64,000 nucleotides of DNA, from IMG/VR virus record IMGVR_UViG_3300008954_002609, positions 40,468 to 104,467 of that record, one strand, 5' to 3'. The DNA is from a virus. The translations under genes and the position numbers were made by a program. Numbering within the stretch: the first letter of the stretch is position 1; each line of letters begins with the position of its first letter. Positions 41,180 to 51,403 of this stretch are shown here, piece by piece. The notes below the pieces were generated by a model. That model was given only the letters and a program-made list of their open reading frames with translations. It made no database searches and was not told where the DNA came from.

Positions 41180-42805
41180 TTATTTTCTCCTCTTGACCAA
41201 GAGACCTTGCTCATAAAAATATAAATAATCTATTTCTGTGCCCAAGTAGCAGTTTATAGCGTGCTCTGGGGTTTCGCAAATAGGCTCCCTGTCATTAAAA
41301 CTTGTATTAAGTAGGATTGGAACCCCACTCTTATCATACCATTTTTTGATAAAATTGTAATACCATTTATTATCATTTTCTGTAACGGTCTGAAGTCTTG
41401 CTGATCCGTCGAAATGAACTACAGCTGGGACCTTGTCCCTCTTTTCTTTTTTAAATTTTAATACGAAACTCATGTATGGGCTGTCTTTCTCCTTTTCAAA
41501 CCAGTTAACGGCTTCCTCTCTTAGGATAGATGGTGCAAAAGGGCGGAACCATTGCCTATGCTTGACCTTATCATTGATAATTCCCTTCATGTCTTCGCTT
41601 CTAGGGTCTGCGAGAATACTTCTGTTTCCCAGAGCACGTCGGCCGGATTCGGAGCCTCCCCCAAAGACGGCTACTATTTTTTGATCATCGAGAAGATCCA
41701 CTACGTCCTCATCAGTAACTTTGCTGTACTCTATCTCCTTATTTCTATCCTCTAGTGTCTTCTCGACTAGGTCAGAGTGGTCACAGCCAAGATATGGGGT
41801 GTAATTGTCTTCCCATATTATTCTCGGATTATCAAGTATCTGGTGCCATAAAAACTGTGCAGAACCCAAGGTAAGACCACCATCATGAGGGGTCGGTGTT
41901 ACATAAACGTTTTTATCAGGGAACCAATCCAAAATCTTCCCCATTGCTACAGAGTTCAAAGAGACGCCGCCAGCAAAGCAGATATTCTTATGTTGGGGGT
42001 GCTTCTCCAAGAACATAGTTAACAACTCCCTAAGATATGTTTCAGTTGCCATTTGTAGACCTGCTGCTAGGTCGAATTGTTCCTGCTCTCCCTTTTTCGC
42101 TATATCCGCCCATCGCCATAAGTATGGGTGCCTAGGGTCGGTTCCGACATTAGCACCGCGTGGCTGACCTGGTGGCTTGAATGAAACCGCAGCTGAGTCC
42201 TTCCTGAACATCTTCAAAAAATCTGAAAAATATTTCTTTCCATCTCCCATGCAAGCCATAGCCATAACAGACCCAGCCTGGTGACCTCTTGGCCACCCAG
42301 ACTGCAATCCAAAGACGTACCTTGTTACTCTAGTCCATACACCTCCGATGTTTACGTCAGTAATTGGAAAAGCATGTACTGGTGATATTTTATTATCTTT
42401 TCCCTCCCAGACTGTGAACGCTGTTATGTTACCGCCCTCTGACTCAAAGCCTCCTCCGTCCATTGTAAAAATTAATGCGTCTTCATGATTGCTGGAAAAG
42501 AATGCATTCGCGGCATGTGCCTGGTGGTGACCAATCGCATACATCTGTCCCCCATTTCTCTCAATGATATCCCTTAATTTATTAAGTGAGTCGGGATGAT
42601 CACTTAACTTAGAAAAAGAATAATTGGTCGCAAAGTATTTAATATCTTGATGAGCAAGATATTCATCGAACATAAATTGAACTCCATCTCCTGCTGGCTC
42701 CTTTTCTCTTATATATCTCTCGTATTCTGCATGTACTATCGGTATTCCGTTGTCCAATATACAAAATGAACAATCATGACCTGACCATGCGCTAGCTACT
42801 TTCAT
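41180..42805 (-). CDS. Carbamoyltransferase (NodU/CmcH/TobZ family)
   Basis: GHD, HHQAHAA, DGGG, AGGVSLNS, RALGNRSILADPR, RPFAPS, LLNTSFN. Confidence 0.93.
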   Translation of the reverse strand: MKVASAWSGHDCSFCILDNGIPIVHAEYERYIREKEPAGDGVQFMFDEYLAHQDIKYFATNYSFSKLSDHPDSLNKLRDIIERNGGQMYAIGHHQAHAANAFFSSNHEDALIFTMDGGGFESEGGNITAFTVWEGKDNKISPVHAFPITDVNIGGVWTRVTRYVFGLQSGWPRGHQAGSVMAMACMGDGKKYFSDFLKMFRKDSAAVSFKPPGQPRGANVGTDPRHPYLWRWADIAKKGEQEQFDLAAGLQMATETYLRELLTMFLEKHPQHKNICFAGGVSLNSVAMGKILDWFPDKNVYVTPTPHDGGLTLGSAQFLWHQILDNPRIIWEDNYTPYLGCDHSDLVEKTLEDRNKEIEYSKVTDEDVVDLLDDQKIVAVFGGGSESGRRALGNRSILADPRSEDMKGIINDKVKHRQWFRPFAPSILREEAVNWFEKEKDSPYMSFVLKFKKEKRDKVPAVVHFDGSARLQTVTENDNKWYYNFIKKWYDKSGVPILLNTSFNDREPICETPEHAINCYLGTEIDYLYFYEQGLLVKRRK

Positions 42806-43524
42806 TTAAATACTCCTGCAATTAATATGTCTAAATCCGTACAGTATCTAAAACTGTATTTTTGATTTATAGATTTTAGAGACTCTAATGTCTTTTCAAT
42901 TGTTGGCCAACCTGGGGTGCCCATCATCCTAATATCATCTATTAAGATCATATGATTTTTCTCTTTGTGTTTTCCTATTTCTTCAATTTCCTGAATTAGC
43001 GGGCAATGCCCGTATATTTCAGAGGTGTGCGTGTTCGCTTGTGATTCTGCCGCATCATTAATGCGACCTGAAAAGTGAGCATCCAGAAAGAACACGCACC
43101 TCTTATCAGACTCTGGTCTCTTGTCTATCTCTGAAAGAATTTCCGGCAATATTTCTGGAGATTCTCCGTGAAATAGTTTTACATTTTTTCTTACCGGATG
43201 TTGGGTCCTGATTAAAGAATGTTGAAAGCAACTCTCTTGAGCCTCTATAGACCAATTGTATAAAAAGTTAGGAGACACGGACATTAGGGTCTCTGCCAAA
43301 TAAGTTCCCGTTTCTACAAAAAAACCTATATTTGATATCTCTGGTAAACTAGAAATTAAAAACGCCTTACCATAAACGCAATGCGTGCCACTTCTAGACA
43401 CGTCACTTTCAAAGCCCTTCTTTGTGTCTAAGCGACCATCCTTCATGAAATGATGTTTCATTCTTTCCTGGAAGCCCTCATCGGGGTCATTGTCGATACT
43501 GAAGAATGTTATCTCTTCTTTCAA
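42802..43524 (-). CDS. SAM-dependent methyltransferase-like hypothetical protein
   Basis: FVETGTYLAET, SIE, GES, FFLDAH, ILIDD. Confidence 0.6.
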   Translation of the reverse strand: MKEEITFFSIDNDPDEGFQERMKHHFMKDGRLDTKKGFESDVSRSGTHCVYGKAFLISSLPEISNIGFFVETGTYLAETLMSVSPNFLYNWSIEAQESCFQHSLIRTQHPVRKNVKLFHGESPEILPEILSEIDKRPESDKRCVFFLDAHFSGRINDAAESQANTHTSEIYGHCPLIQEIEEIGKHKEKNHMILIDDIRMMGTPGWPTIEKTLESLKSINQKYSFRYCTDLDILIAGVFK

Positions 43525-43525
43525 C

Positions 43526-44035
43526 CTAATCTCCTTTTATGATTCGGTAAGAATCTGAATCAAAATGCTGAGTCGAAAATTCATACAACTCTGAGTCTTC
43601 TAGGGCTTCCATTTGGTGTCTCAATCCCCTATAAATGTGAAGTGCATCGCCGGGGTTCATGATTGATTCTTCCGCTTTTTCTATATCATCTTCATCCGAA
43701 AGTCTTACTAGTAATTTCCCGGAATGAAGAAAGAAGACCTCATCCTTTAATTTGTGATAATGCCAAGAGCACTTCTTTCCCTTATTGAAGAAGAGCAGCT
43801 TCCCGCAGTACTCTTCTTTGTTCACAATCCACATTTCGTGGCCCCAGCCTTTCCTTATATATTGTGGAAACTGCCAAGTTTTCATAAAGAGCGGCTCCTT
43901 ATGCTCATTCTTTTTAACGTACTTTATCTCATAAAATGTGGGAGCGGGTGCCTCACTCTCCTTGTCTAATGTCCAATGGCGGTCCTTTTTCTTGTCTTCG
44001 CCTTTGTCTTTTTCGCTATTTGAAGAATCTGACAT
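43526..44035 (-). CDS. Cupin-fold sugar isomerase (mannose-6-P/D-lyxose isomerase-like)
   Basis: KGWGHE, CSWHYHKLKDEVF, RHQM, EFST. Confidence 0.8.
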   Translation of the reverse strand: MSDSSNSEKDKGEDKKKDRHWTLDKESEAPAPTFYEIKYVKKNEHKEPLFMKTWQFPQYIRKGWGHEMWIVNKEEYCGKLLFFNKGKKCSWHYHKLKDEVFFLHSGKLLVRLSDEDDIEKAEESIMNPGDALHIYRGLRHQMEALEDSELYEFSTQHFDSDSYRIIKGD

Positions 44036-44333
44036 CTCTTATTCCTTTATCATCCACATAGACATCTCCTGCTGGCTTGCCCAAGAATAAATCATTATAT
44101 TTGACACCCCACTTGTTTAACTGATTCCTTGTTAGGTCATAAAACATTTTATACGATAACATGACGTCATTCTTTGTTCGACCCATACCTCGTGCAGTGT
44201 GAAATATTATTGTATTTCCCGAATCATAAAGCTCATTGATTTTATCTATTCGATCTTGTATCGGGACACTGTTGTTGTAATCGCTGTTCTCGGTATGGCA
44301 AATGGTCTCGTCTATATCAAAAACATAAATCAC
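44016..44333 (-). CDS. Small HAD-family phosphatase (capsule-biosynthesis type)
   Basis: FDIDETIC, HTARG, GKP.GDVYVDDK. Confidence 0.85.
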   Translation of the reverse strand: MIYVFDIDETICHTENSDYNNSVPIQDRIDKINELYDSGNTIIFHTARGMGRTKNDVMLSYKMFYDLTRNQLNKWGVKYNDLFLGKPAGDVYVDDKGIRDVRFFK

Positions 44334-45115
44334 TTAACGTCCTCCAATGATACCACGTAATTGCCAAACTTTTTAACCGAAATTGCAGCACACTTGTTTG
44401 CAAATTCTATTGCGATGGGAAAGGAAAAGAAGGACATGTATGCTGTAACAAATGCTGCCAGGAATGTGTCTCCTGCCCCACAAACATCAAAAACCTTGGC
44501 AGGTTCTGTTTCAAATTCTCGTCCGCGCCAAGATGCGCCGCGAGAACCCAAAGTTACAATCATTTCAGAATTGATAGGTTGCTTTTCTATTTTTGAAAAT
44601 TCTAGTTCGTTTAACTTGATTATACAATCTTCATAACATGATAAATCTGTCTTTTTTGAATCAACAAAGATTACACAATTTTCCCCCCTCAGAGAGTCAA
44701 TGATCTTGTTACAATTCTTATTACAGATGAACCCCTTATCATAATCTGATATTACTACACAATCATACTCAAATCCTGATTTTTTTACCGTTTCTATGAG
44801 GCTCTCGCTCATCGGGGGAAGCCTATTTGCCTCACCTGCATCTACCCTAAGAAGGTGCTGCATTGTCTTTTCATCGACAAACCTCTCCTTTATTATTTCT
44901 TTTGTATTGGTCAGGACTCTCGTATCGTGCCCAAAAGACTCCAGATTCCTCTGAACATTCAATACCATGCCAGGCTTATCCTCAATGCGTGAGGTTTTAA
45001 GCACTGGAACAGGCGCTTCTGGGCTTATCCTGTCGCAAGTTCCATAGTTATACCTGTCTATGCAGGAGTCACCTATTATCAATATCTTGAATGATTTGAG
45101 TTGTTGAATATCCAT
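44330..45115 (-). CDS. Heptose-7-phosphate kinase (HldE/RfaE domain I, PfkB family)
   Basis: RISPEAPVPV, SDYDKG, DVCGAGDTF. Confidence 0.88.
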   Translation of the reverse strand: MDIQQLKSFKILIIGDSCIDRYNYGTCDRISPEAPVPVLKTSRIEDKPGMVLNVQRNLESFGHDTRVLTNTKEIIKERFVDEKTMQHLLRVDAGEANRLPPMSESLIETVKKSGFEYDCVVISDYDKGFICNKNCNKIIDSLRGENCVIFVDSKKTDLSCYEDCIIKLNELEFSKIEKQPINSEMIVTLGSRGASWRGREFETEPAKVFDVCGAGDTFLAAFVTAYMSFFSFPIAIEFANKCAAISVKKFGNYVVSLEDVK

Positions 45116-45467
45116 CTAAATAATTAAAGATTATCACCGAATTACACAAGTCTTTTCCAATTACTTGATCTTCGGTATAGTCTCCACCCTTTACAATAAT
45201 GTCAGGCTTTATTTTTTTTACTAACTCTAGCGGAGTATCTTCGTCAAAAATAATTACTTTATCAACATATCTACATGACTCCAGTAAAAATTTTCTATCT
45301 TTTTGTGAAAAGATTGGTCTTGACGATCCCTTGAGCCTTCTAACGCTAACATCACTGTTCAGTCCGACAATCACCCTTCCATATGCCTTACAAAATTTTA
45401 ATAATTCTATATGACCTCGGTGGACAATATCGAAGCATCCGTTAGTAAAGATTTTCTTTTTAGCCAT
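45069..45467 (-). CDS. Heptose-1-phosphate adenylyltransferase (HldE/RfaE domain II)
   Basis: FTNGCFDIVHRGH, GLNSD.SVRRLKG..RP, KGGDY, YSTT. Confidence 0.9.
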   Translation of the reverse strand: MAKKKIFTNGCFDIVHRGHIELLKFCKAYGRVIVGLNSDVSVRRLKGSSRPIFSQKDRKFLLESCRYVDKVIIFDEDTPLELVKKIKPDIIVKGGDYTEDQVIGKDLCNSVIIFNYLDGYSTTQIIQDIDNR

Positions 45468-45474
45468 GAATGCA

Positions 45475-46308
45475 TTATAACAGAGTATCTAGTACTTTGT
45501 CAACTATTTCTTTTTCATTGTGATTGTTTACTTCAGATGCGCACTCTTCGCATTTTATCTTAAGTCCGCATGGTTCGTGATTTCCAATATTTATATTAAT
45601 ATTCTGAGGATATGCAACCATGTCCTCAGACTGGTACCCTGTTATTATCACTAGCGACTTCGTATCTACAGTCGTGGCCGCGTGAACAAGACCACCTTCG
45701 GTACTGAGGAACATTTCAGATTCTCCTATAAGAATCGCCGCTTCTCTGAAAGATGTTTTACCCCTGTAATCGATTACGTTTTCTAAGAGTGGGCTCGACG
45801 TGCTTCCTATTTGCACAATCTGTATATGGTCCTTCAACACATTCACTATACTTTGCCACTTACTTAGTGGGTATGCTCTGTTTGGTGTGTAGTTTGTTTT
45901 TGAATAAGGTTCTATAGTTACAAATCTATCCCCTAGTTTATCTGTGAGGTCTTTTACTTTCTCTCTTTCTCGATCAGTAAAGAACATTTCACATCTAAGT
46001 TCTGGATCTTCTATTCCGTAGACTTCGCACATTTGTTCGATTATATGCTTGTCTTTCCTGTGGTAGGCTTTTATTGGTGTGTCTGTTTTGCAATAATTCG
46101 CTTCCGGGTTATTCATAAACATCGGAAACGCCTCATCTCCATCTCCAGTTTTGTATATATTTGGATTATTTTCAAACACTGGGCTTCTGATAAGTTTTGT
46201 TACGTTTTTGCCGTCTCCTTCGCATGGAAGGACTTTGACTTTCTCTGGTAGCTTCTTCTTTAACTCTCTTGCTACTGCTGTCCAGGCAAGATAACCTCCT
46301 AAGCCCAT
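45475..46308 (-). CDS. Glycosyltransferase family 9 (heptosyltransferase-like)
   Basis: MGLGG, FENNPNI, GKTSFREAA, EGGLVHAA. Confidence 0.8.
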   Translation of the reverse strand: MGLGGYLAWTAVARELKKKLPEKVKVLPCEGDGKNVTKLIRSPVFENNPNIYKTGDGDEAFPMFMNNPEANYCKTDTPIKAYHRKDKHIIEQMCEVYGIEDPELRCEMFFTDREREKVKDLTDKLGDRFVTIEPYSKTNYTPNRAYPLSKWQSIVNVLKDHIQIVQIGSTSSPLLENVIDYRGKTSFREAAILIGESEMFLSTEGGLVHAATTVDTKSLVIITGYQSEDMVAYPQNININIGNHEPCGLKIKCEECASEVNNHNEKEIVDKVLDTLL

Positions 46309-46312
46309 AATC

Positions 46313-47284
46313 CTACTCGCAATACTTTATCATTAAATCATACGCATCATTTGCATATCTCTCGTATCCGGCGTGTTGCAGTATATATTCTCTAGGCGAC
46401 AATGGCATAGGAATCTCTCCACCTAGAAACTGCTTTATCTTCTCGATATAAGGCTGGGCAGAGTCATCATTTCTTTTTAGATACTTTTCTGTCATTCTAT
46501 CAGTTCCGTGAACCCAAAAATTCTGATCAAATATGCTGGGCGTATTATGAGGAGATCCGATTACTGGCACATCTAAAAACATGGCTTCATAAGTCGCTAT
46601 TCCTGGACACTCATCTAAGCTAAGGTTGATGCAACATTTTGACTTCAATAAGGCATCAAAATATTCTTCTCTTTTATAGTCTCCGTAAGTTAGTTCAATA
46701 TAGGATATCTCGTTGTTTTCAAGACCTTCGATTATACCATCATGAAAATTAAAATAATTATCATCATATCTTCGCCTCTTCGAGTAGACAAGGCAATCAT
46801 ATTCTATATTCTTATTGTTTATCAAATCTGGGTCAATATCGAAGGTTACACATTTATCTAGAAAATCAGCTCTGTGTACCTGGTCTTTTGGTAAGAATTT
46901 CTTTACATGATCGTTATAATACTTAACTTGGTCAATGTATAGATCGAACTCAACATTCTCAACAAACCACTTGTCCCACGAGTCAGCAGGACCAATGTCT
47001 GGATAATCTAATAAAACATTCGGTCCAAAAACAAACTTCTTTTTTGGAAATGCTTTTTTCAAATTAGCATAAAGATTGGGATCAAAACCCTTCGCATAAA
47101 ACCAGAAAACGTCAGTCCGATTAATGTCATAGTTTTCTTTAAGCTTCCAAAGCTCTTTCACATCAAATCTATCATGTTTATCTTGATTGAGTGCGTCCAC
47201 ATGATGGCTAAAAGTCAGCCCAGGGCCGCGGTCGCCCCCAGGTCGAGAGCACATTAGAATATTAAACTTCTTATAGGTAGTCAC
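46313..47284 (-). CDS. GT-B glycosyltransferase
   Basis: RGPG, GPNV, ECPGIATYEAMFLDVPV. Confidence 0.75.
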   Translation of the reverse strand: MTTYKKFNILMCSRPGGDRGPGLTFSHHVDALNQDKHDRFDVKELWKLKENYDINRTDVFWFYAKGFDPNLYANLKKAFPKKKFVFGPNVLLDYPDIGPADSWDKWFVENVEFDLYIDQVKYYNDHVKKFLPKDQVHRADFLDKCVTFDIDPDLINNKNIEYDCLVYSKRRRYDDNYFNFHDGIIEGLENNEISYIELTYGDYKREEYFDALLKSKCCINLSLDECPGIATYEAMFLDVPVIGSPHNTPSIFDQNFWVHGTDRMTEKYLKRNDDSAQPYIEKIKQFLGGEIPMPLSPREYILQHAGYERYANDAYDLMIKYCE

Positions 47285-48041
47285 TTATTGGAAGCTCCTT
47301 TAGCCTCGCATGTGGCTTCTTTTGTTTCAACTCCGCCTCTATGCGTAACTGGTCTGCCCTATGCACTCTGTCCACTGCTAGAGGATTCTCCCTATTGTAT
47401 ACATAAGTGATTCTCTTAACTGGGTGAAAGTGATTTGGTCCTGCCATCTCTACCATGGGATACATTATCACCCGGTCCCACGTAAATTTATAAAAGTCAC
47501 CATCACTATCCAGCATGTCTTCTTTGTTGATGCTCATAAACAATTCTTTTCTGAATGTCCTTAGATGAGAGAGCGTCCACTCCTTGTGTCTTATGTTCCC
47601 TTCCCAATAATCGTCCGTAACTTTGGGTCTTACAATTTTGCCACCTACCGACTCGATATAGGATCCTGCAGTTATCCAAACTTTTGGATTTTGATATATT
47701 TCATTTAAGTGTTGGAGAACATACCTGTTTGCTAGCCAGTCATCGCCATCTAGAGCCAGTATTATAGATCCAGGCTTTGCACAGTCCACCGCTTGATATA
47801 AGTTGGTCAAAGCCCTTACATTTTGTCGGTTATGTTGTATTGTCAACTGACCGGGTCTCGACTCCCTGAATTCTTGAAATAGAGCGTCTGCACGCTGACC
47901 AGTCATATCAGAAGATGCATCGTTTATGAACCGAATATCATAATTCCCATAATCCTGCTTTATAGCTGAGTTTATATTCTTCTCTACCCACGACTCATTG
48001 TTATAGGACAAGATAACTATTGTGAAGTGATTTTCTATCAA
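47271..48041 (-). CDS. Glycosyltransferase family 2
   Basis: VILSYN, INDASSD, LDGDDWL, HLRTF; probable TTG start at 48041 overlapping the upstream TGA. Confidence 0.88.
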   Translation of the reverse strand: MIENHFTIVILSYNNESWVEKNINSAIKQDYGNYDIRFINDASSDMTGQRADALFQEFRESRPGQLTIQHNRQNVRALTNLYQAVDCAKPGSIILALDGDDWLANRYVLQHLNEIYQNPKVWITAGSYIESVGGKIVRPKVTDDYWEGNIRHKEWTLSHLRTFRKELFMSINKEDMLDSDGDFYKFTWDRVIMYPMVEMAGPNHFHPVKRITYVYNRENPLAVDRVHRADQLRIEAELKQKKPHARLKELPISDYL

Positions 48042-50128
48042 AATGCATTCTCCCAAAAATACGAAGGTCTAGATTTTAGATATTCAACAACTTCTTTATA
48101 GTCCTTATTGAACCATTCCTCGTCGCGGTGTTGCACATTATCGTTAATCTCCAATTGACAACCAAGAAGCTTTGCCTCAATTACCAACCTTGGACAAGTA
48201 TCTAAGCCGCCGGGCTTGAAACACAATCCACGGGATAAGGAAAGTTTCTTTAGAAATTCCATAGGTTCTACTCCCCACAAAACTTCGTATTCATAACTCT
48301 TCTCTTTGCACCAGTCCTCTGATTCTTGTGCGCCCTTGACCCAACTATCTGACCCTAAGACGACCCATTTGCTGCTTCTCTTCTTCTTTGATTCTTCTCT
48401 AAGGTTGTCAATCAATTCAAAGAAATTCTCAGAAAAAAGAGAAGACAGTACATGCAAGTTTTCAGTATTAGACAAATCTAGAGATTCTATGTGTATCTTC
48501 TTCTGATTCTCTGACATAAAGAACACAGATTTTGCGTTCTCTGCAAAATCTTTTAATCTCTTTCCCTGTTCTGTGCTGGAGTATTCGCACTTTTCTCCCT
48601 CGACCATCTCGTAAAGAGTTGGATTCCTGTGTTTGCAAAACTTATAATCAAACTCAATAAATGAATATTCTATATTTAGTTTTTTTATTGCCTCAAAGGC
48701 TTCTGGTTTCATATTCGCGATATTACCAAAAACCCATTTTGCATCTTTGTGATCTGTCAACAACTCTTCAGTAAGCATTTGAGAATTGACTGCTCCTAAT
48801 TTGTCAGAAGGAGCAGACTCAATTATGGTTTGAAGACTCATTTCCGCGCCTCCAGCATACTGACTAGCGAACATATCGCTGACATAGATGTATTCTGGGG
48901 GGTGTAAAATATTTTCCGGAAGAACAGCTTCTAGCATTCTACTTTGGATCTTTTCTTCTGAAAAGTTTTCTAGTACATGCTTTTGTAGCTTCTTAGCCCA
49001 AGACAAGTACATCCCATGATTGGTATACATCGCTCTTATTTTCTTTTTAAAGTCAACCTTGTTTGGGTAGCACCACATAGTACCTTCATGTATGATGTTT
49101 TTCCAAACAGCTTCCTTTGGAATAGGAGCTAGAACATAATCAACACGAGCAAATAATGGCTTCCTCTTTGTCTTTCCCTTCTTATTTCTAACAGGTGCAT
49201 ACAAGAAATCCAAATGGCCGCTCCAACCTGGCGCAACTACTGGGAGCCCGTTACAGGCTGCTTCGAATAGAGGAAGTCCATATCCTTCACCGTGTGTTGC
49301 GCTAATTATCGCTTTAATCTTCGGATGAGTATATAGTGAATTTAATTCTTCTCGGGTCATATCGCCGTGAAGGAAGTATATTTTGCACTTTCTATCTTGA
49401 AACTCTTTCTGACTCAATAGCATTTCAAGATTGCGTTGTGTCATTCGTCGGTCCATTATAGAATTCTTTGAGGTATTTGTTTTCACGACCAAACCAACTT
49501 CTTGATTCTTAAATTCGTCAACAAACCACCTTATCGTGTTTTCGAGGTTCTTTCTCACAGACCATTGAGCTATTACCAAAAAGTTGAATTCTGTATCAAC
49601 TTCTAAATTAAAATCTTCATCTTTGTCCAGACTGCCCACTGGGTAATGAACCACGTCGATTGGCGCTCCGCAACCCAATATTTTCTTTTCACCTTCTTCG
49701 TTCTGGAATTCATACTTGGAGTTTTCAAACCCCCACTTTGCGAATTCCGATGGGACAACAATCTTATTCATGGTATAGCTCTTCTCTATCCATGCTGGAG
49801 CTACCTTTGTTGTTTCTATTCCTGCGGTGACGGTGACTGCATAGGGAGCCAGTCTGTTAAACTCGTTAGGTATTCCCACTCTGATATGGAAATCAAAATT
49901 CCTCTGATCTTCAGGTAGAGATGTGAGTTTATGCATCAATTGATCCATCCACTCTCTTTCTTCTGTGTCGCCTAATAACCAAGAGGTTGTTCCCCAATTT
50001 AAGGGAGACAGATAAATGTCTAGAAGATCGTCCCTCTTTCTGAGTGACCTCAACACCAATCTCGTATGTTCCCCGTATCCCGACTGAGTGAGAGCGGGTC
50101 CCTCTACTATAACTTTATATTTCTTCAT
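48038..50128 (-). CDS. Two-domain GT4 glycosyltransferase
   Basis: SGYG, RKN, GEGYGLPLFEAACNGLP; second module GGAE...DTCPRLVIEAKLLGC; start moved to 50128. Confidence 0.85.
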   Translation of the reverse strand: MKKYKVIVEGPALTQSGYGEHTRLVLRSLRKRDDLLDIYLSPLNWGTTSWLLGDTEEREWMDQLMHKLTSLPEDQRNFDFHIRVGIPNEFNRLAPYAVTVTAGIETTKVAPAWIEKSYTMNKIVVPSEFAKWGFENSKYEFQNEEGEKKILGCGAPIDVVHYPVGSLDKDEDFNLEVDTEFNFLVIAQWSVRKNLENTIRWFVDEFKNQEVGLVVKTNTSKNSIMDRRMTQRNLEMLLSQKEFQDRKCKIYFLHGDMTREELNSLYTHPKIKAIISATHGEGYGLPLFEAACNGLPVVAPGWSGHLDFLYAPVRNKKGKTKRKPLFARVDYVLAPIPKEAVWKNIIHEGTMWCYPNKVDFKKKIRAMYTNHGMYLSWAKKLQKHVLENFSEEKIQSRMLEAVLPENILHPPEYIYVSDMFASQYAGGAEMSLQTIIESAPSDKLGAVNSQMLTEELLTDHKDAKWVFGNIANMKPEAFEAIKKLNIEYSFIEFDYKFCKHRNPTLYEMVEGEKCEYSSTEQGKRLKDFAENAKSVFFMSENQKKIHIESLDLSNTENLHVLSSLFSENFFELIDNLREESKKKRSSKWVVLGSDSWVKGAQESEDWCKEKSYEYEVLWGVEPMEFLKKLSLSRGLCFKPGGLDTCPRLVIEAKLLGCQLEINDNVQHRDEEWFNKDYKEVVEYLKSRPSYFWENAF

Positions 50129-51390
50129 TTTATCTCCACCATCTTCCACCCTTTGTGCTTTCTATTCGACCAAGAGCCGCCCTCTTCGTGAATCTTGGTG
50201 AGGGTTTCATCCCACAAATTTACATAACTTTCAAAGCCGTAATTATCGAGGACATGCTTTCTTGCCTTTTTGCCCATCTCTGCTCTCTCTTCTTTTGTCA
50301 TGTTATACATCTTCTCTAGTGCATTGATGAAATCATCCTTGGAGATCCTATCCTCATAAATATATGGAACCTGCTGAGAACCTATTATTGACTTGGAAAC
50401 AGGTTCAATGCCGGTGCCGAACCATTCTTTCCCATCTGTCACCTGTTCTTGCAAACCACCAGTCATATTTACAATGATTGGAACCTCACAAGCTAAAGAT
50501 TCGAGAGTCGCTAGACCAAAACCCTCTGCATCTGAAATATTTATCGTGCAATCGCAAACATTGTATATCATAGACAAATCGCGGGCTGGCATCTTGTTTA
50601 CTGATAAGAGCACTTCTCCGTTGTTTAGACCTCTTTCCGCCATGATTGCTTCTAGGTCTTGCCCATTCGGATCTTTTGGTTCCGTGTGCATAATGAGACA
50701 AGCATTTTCTCTACCAATACGATCCAAAAACTCGGAAAACCACCAAATAAGTGTACCTGATTGTTTTCTTCTTGCATTTCTATTGTTCCAAAAGAATAAA
50801 AATTTCTTTTCGCCATTTTTCTTGTAGGCTAGCTTGTTCTTTTTCCTAAAATCATCGGCTAATTCGTCTGGAACCTTTTTATATATTTCTGTATTTGCTG
50901 TGTGTGGGATTCTAACCCTAGGTACGCTCGGTGCCACCTTTGAAACGATATCGTCGGTCACCTTGCTTATCGTTGCTATAAAGTCGTTTGATTCATAGAA
51001 AGGTCGATTGAACATCGGAGGGGGATAATTGTCCCAAACATGATAATATACCAAAGGAACAACCGATCTTACTTCGTTCTCTATCTCCCATAGCCAGGGC
51101 CAGAAGCGCGGGTCTGTCATTATCCACATAATGTCTGGCTTTTCTGTTTGAAGTAGCGTTCTTACCTTATCTTGTGTTCCGTATCCATCTACTGGATAGA
51201 TAACCCAGTCGTCTTCGTATCCCTGTATCTTAATCGGGTCGTAACTGGGGTGTTTTATTGCTCCACCAAAACAAACAAACTGAAACCTACCAGTCCTAAG
51301 CAACCCTTCAATCATGTATCTTGTCTGTCCTGCTACACCGGAGGGTGCCAGTGGGTTGTCCGCCAAGACAAAGACCTTAATCTTTTTCAT
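50125..51390 (-). CDS. Glycosyltransferase family 4
   Basis: PSGV, NRNARRK, EGFGLATLESLACEVP. Confidence 0.9.
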   Translation of the reverse strand: MKKIKVFVLADNPLAPSGVAGQTRYMIEGLLRTGRFQFVCFGGAIKHPSYDPIKIQGYEDDWVIYPVDGYGTQDKVRTLLQTEKPDIMWIMTDPRFWPWLWEIENEVRSVVPLVYYHVWDNYPPPMFNRPFYESNDFIATISKVTDDIVSKVAPSVPRVRIPHTANTEIYKKVPDELADDFRKKNKLAYKKNGEKKFLFFWNNRNARRKQSGTLIWWFSEFLDRIGRENACLIMHTEPKDPNGQDLEAIMAERGLNNGEVLLSVNKMPARDLSMIYNVCDCTINISDAEGFGLATLESLACEVPIIVNMTGGLQEQVTDGKEWFGTGIEPVSKSIIGSQQVPYIYEDRISKDDFINALEKMYNMTKEERAEMGKKARKHVLDNYGFESYVNLWDETLTKIHEEGGSWSNRKHKGWKMVEIK

Positions 51391-51403
51391 CTATCATCTT
51401 CCT

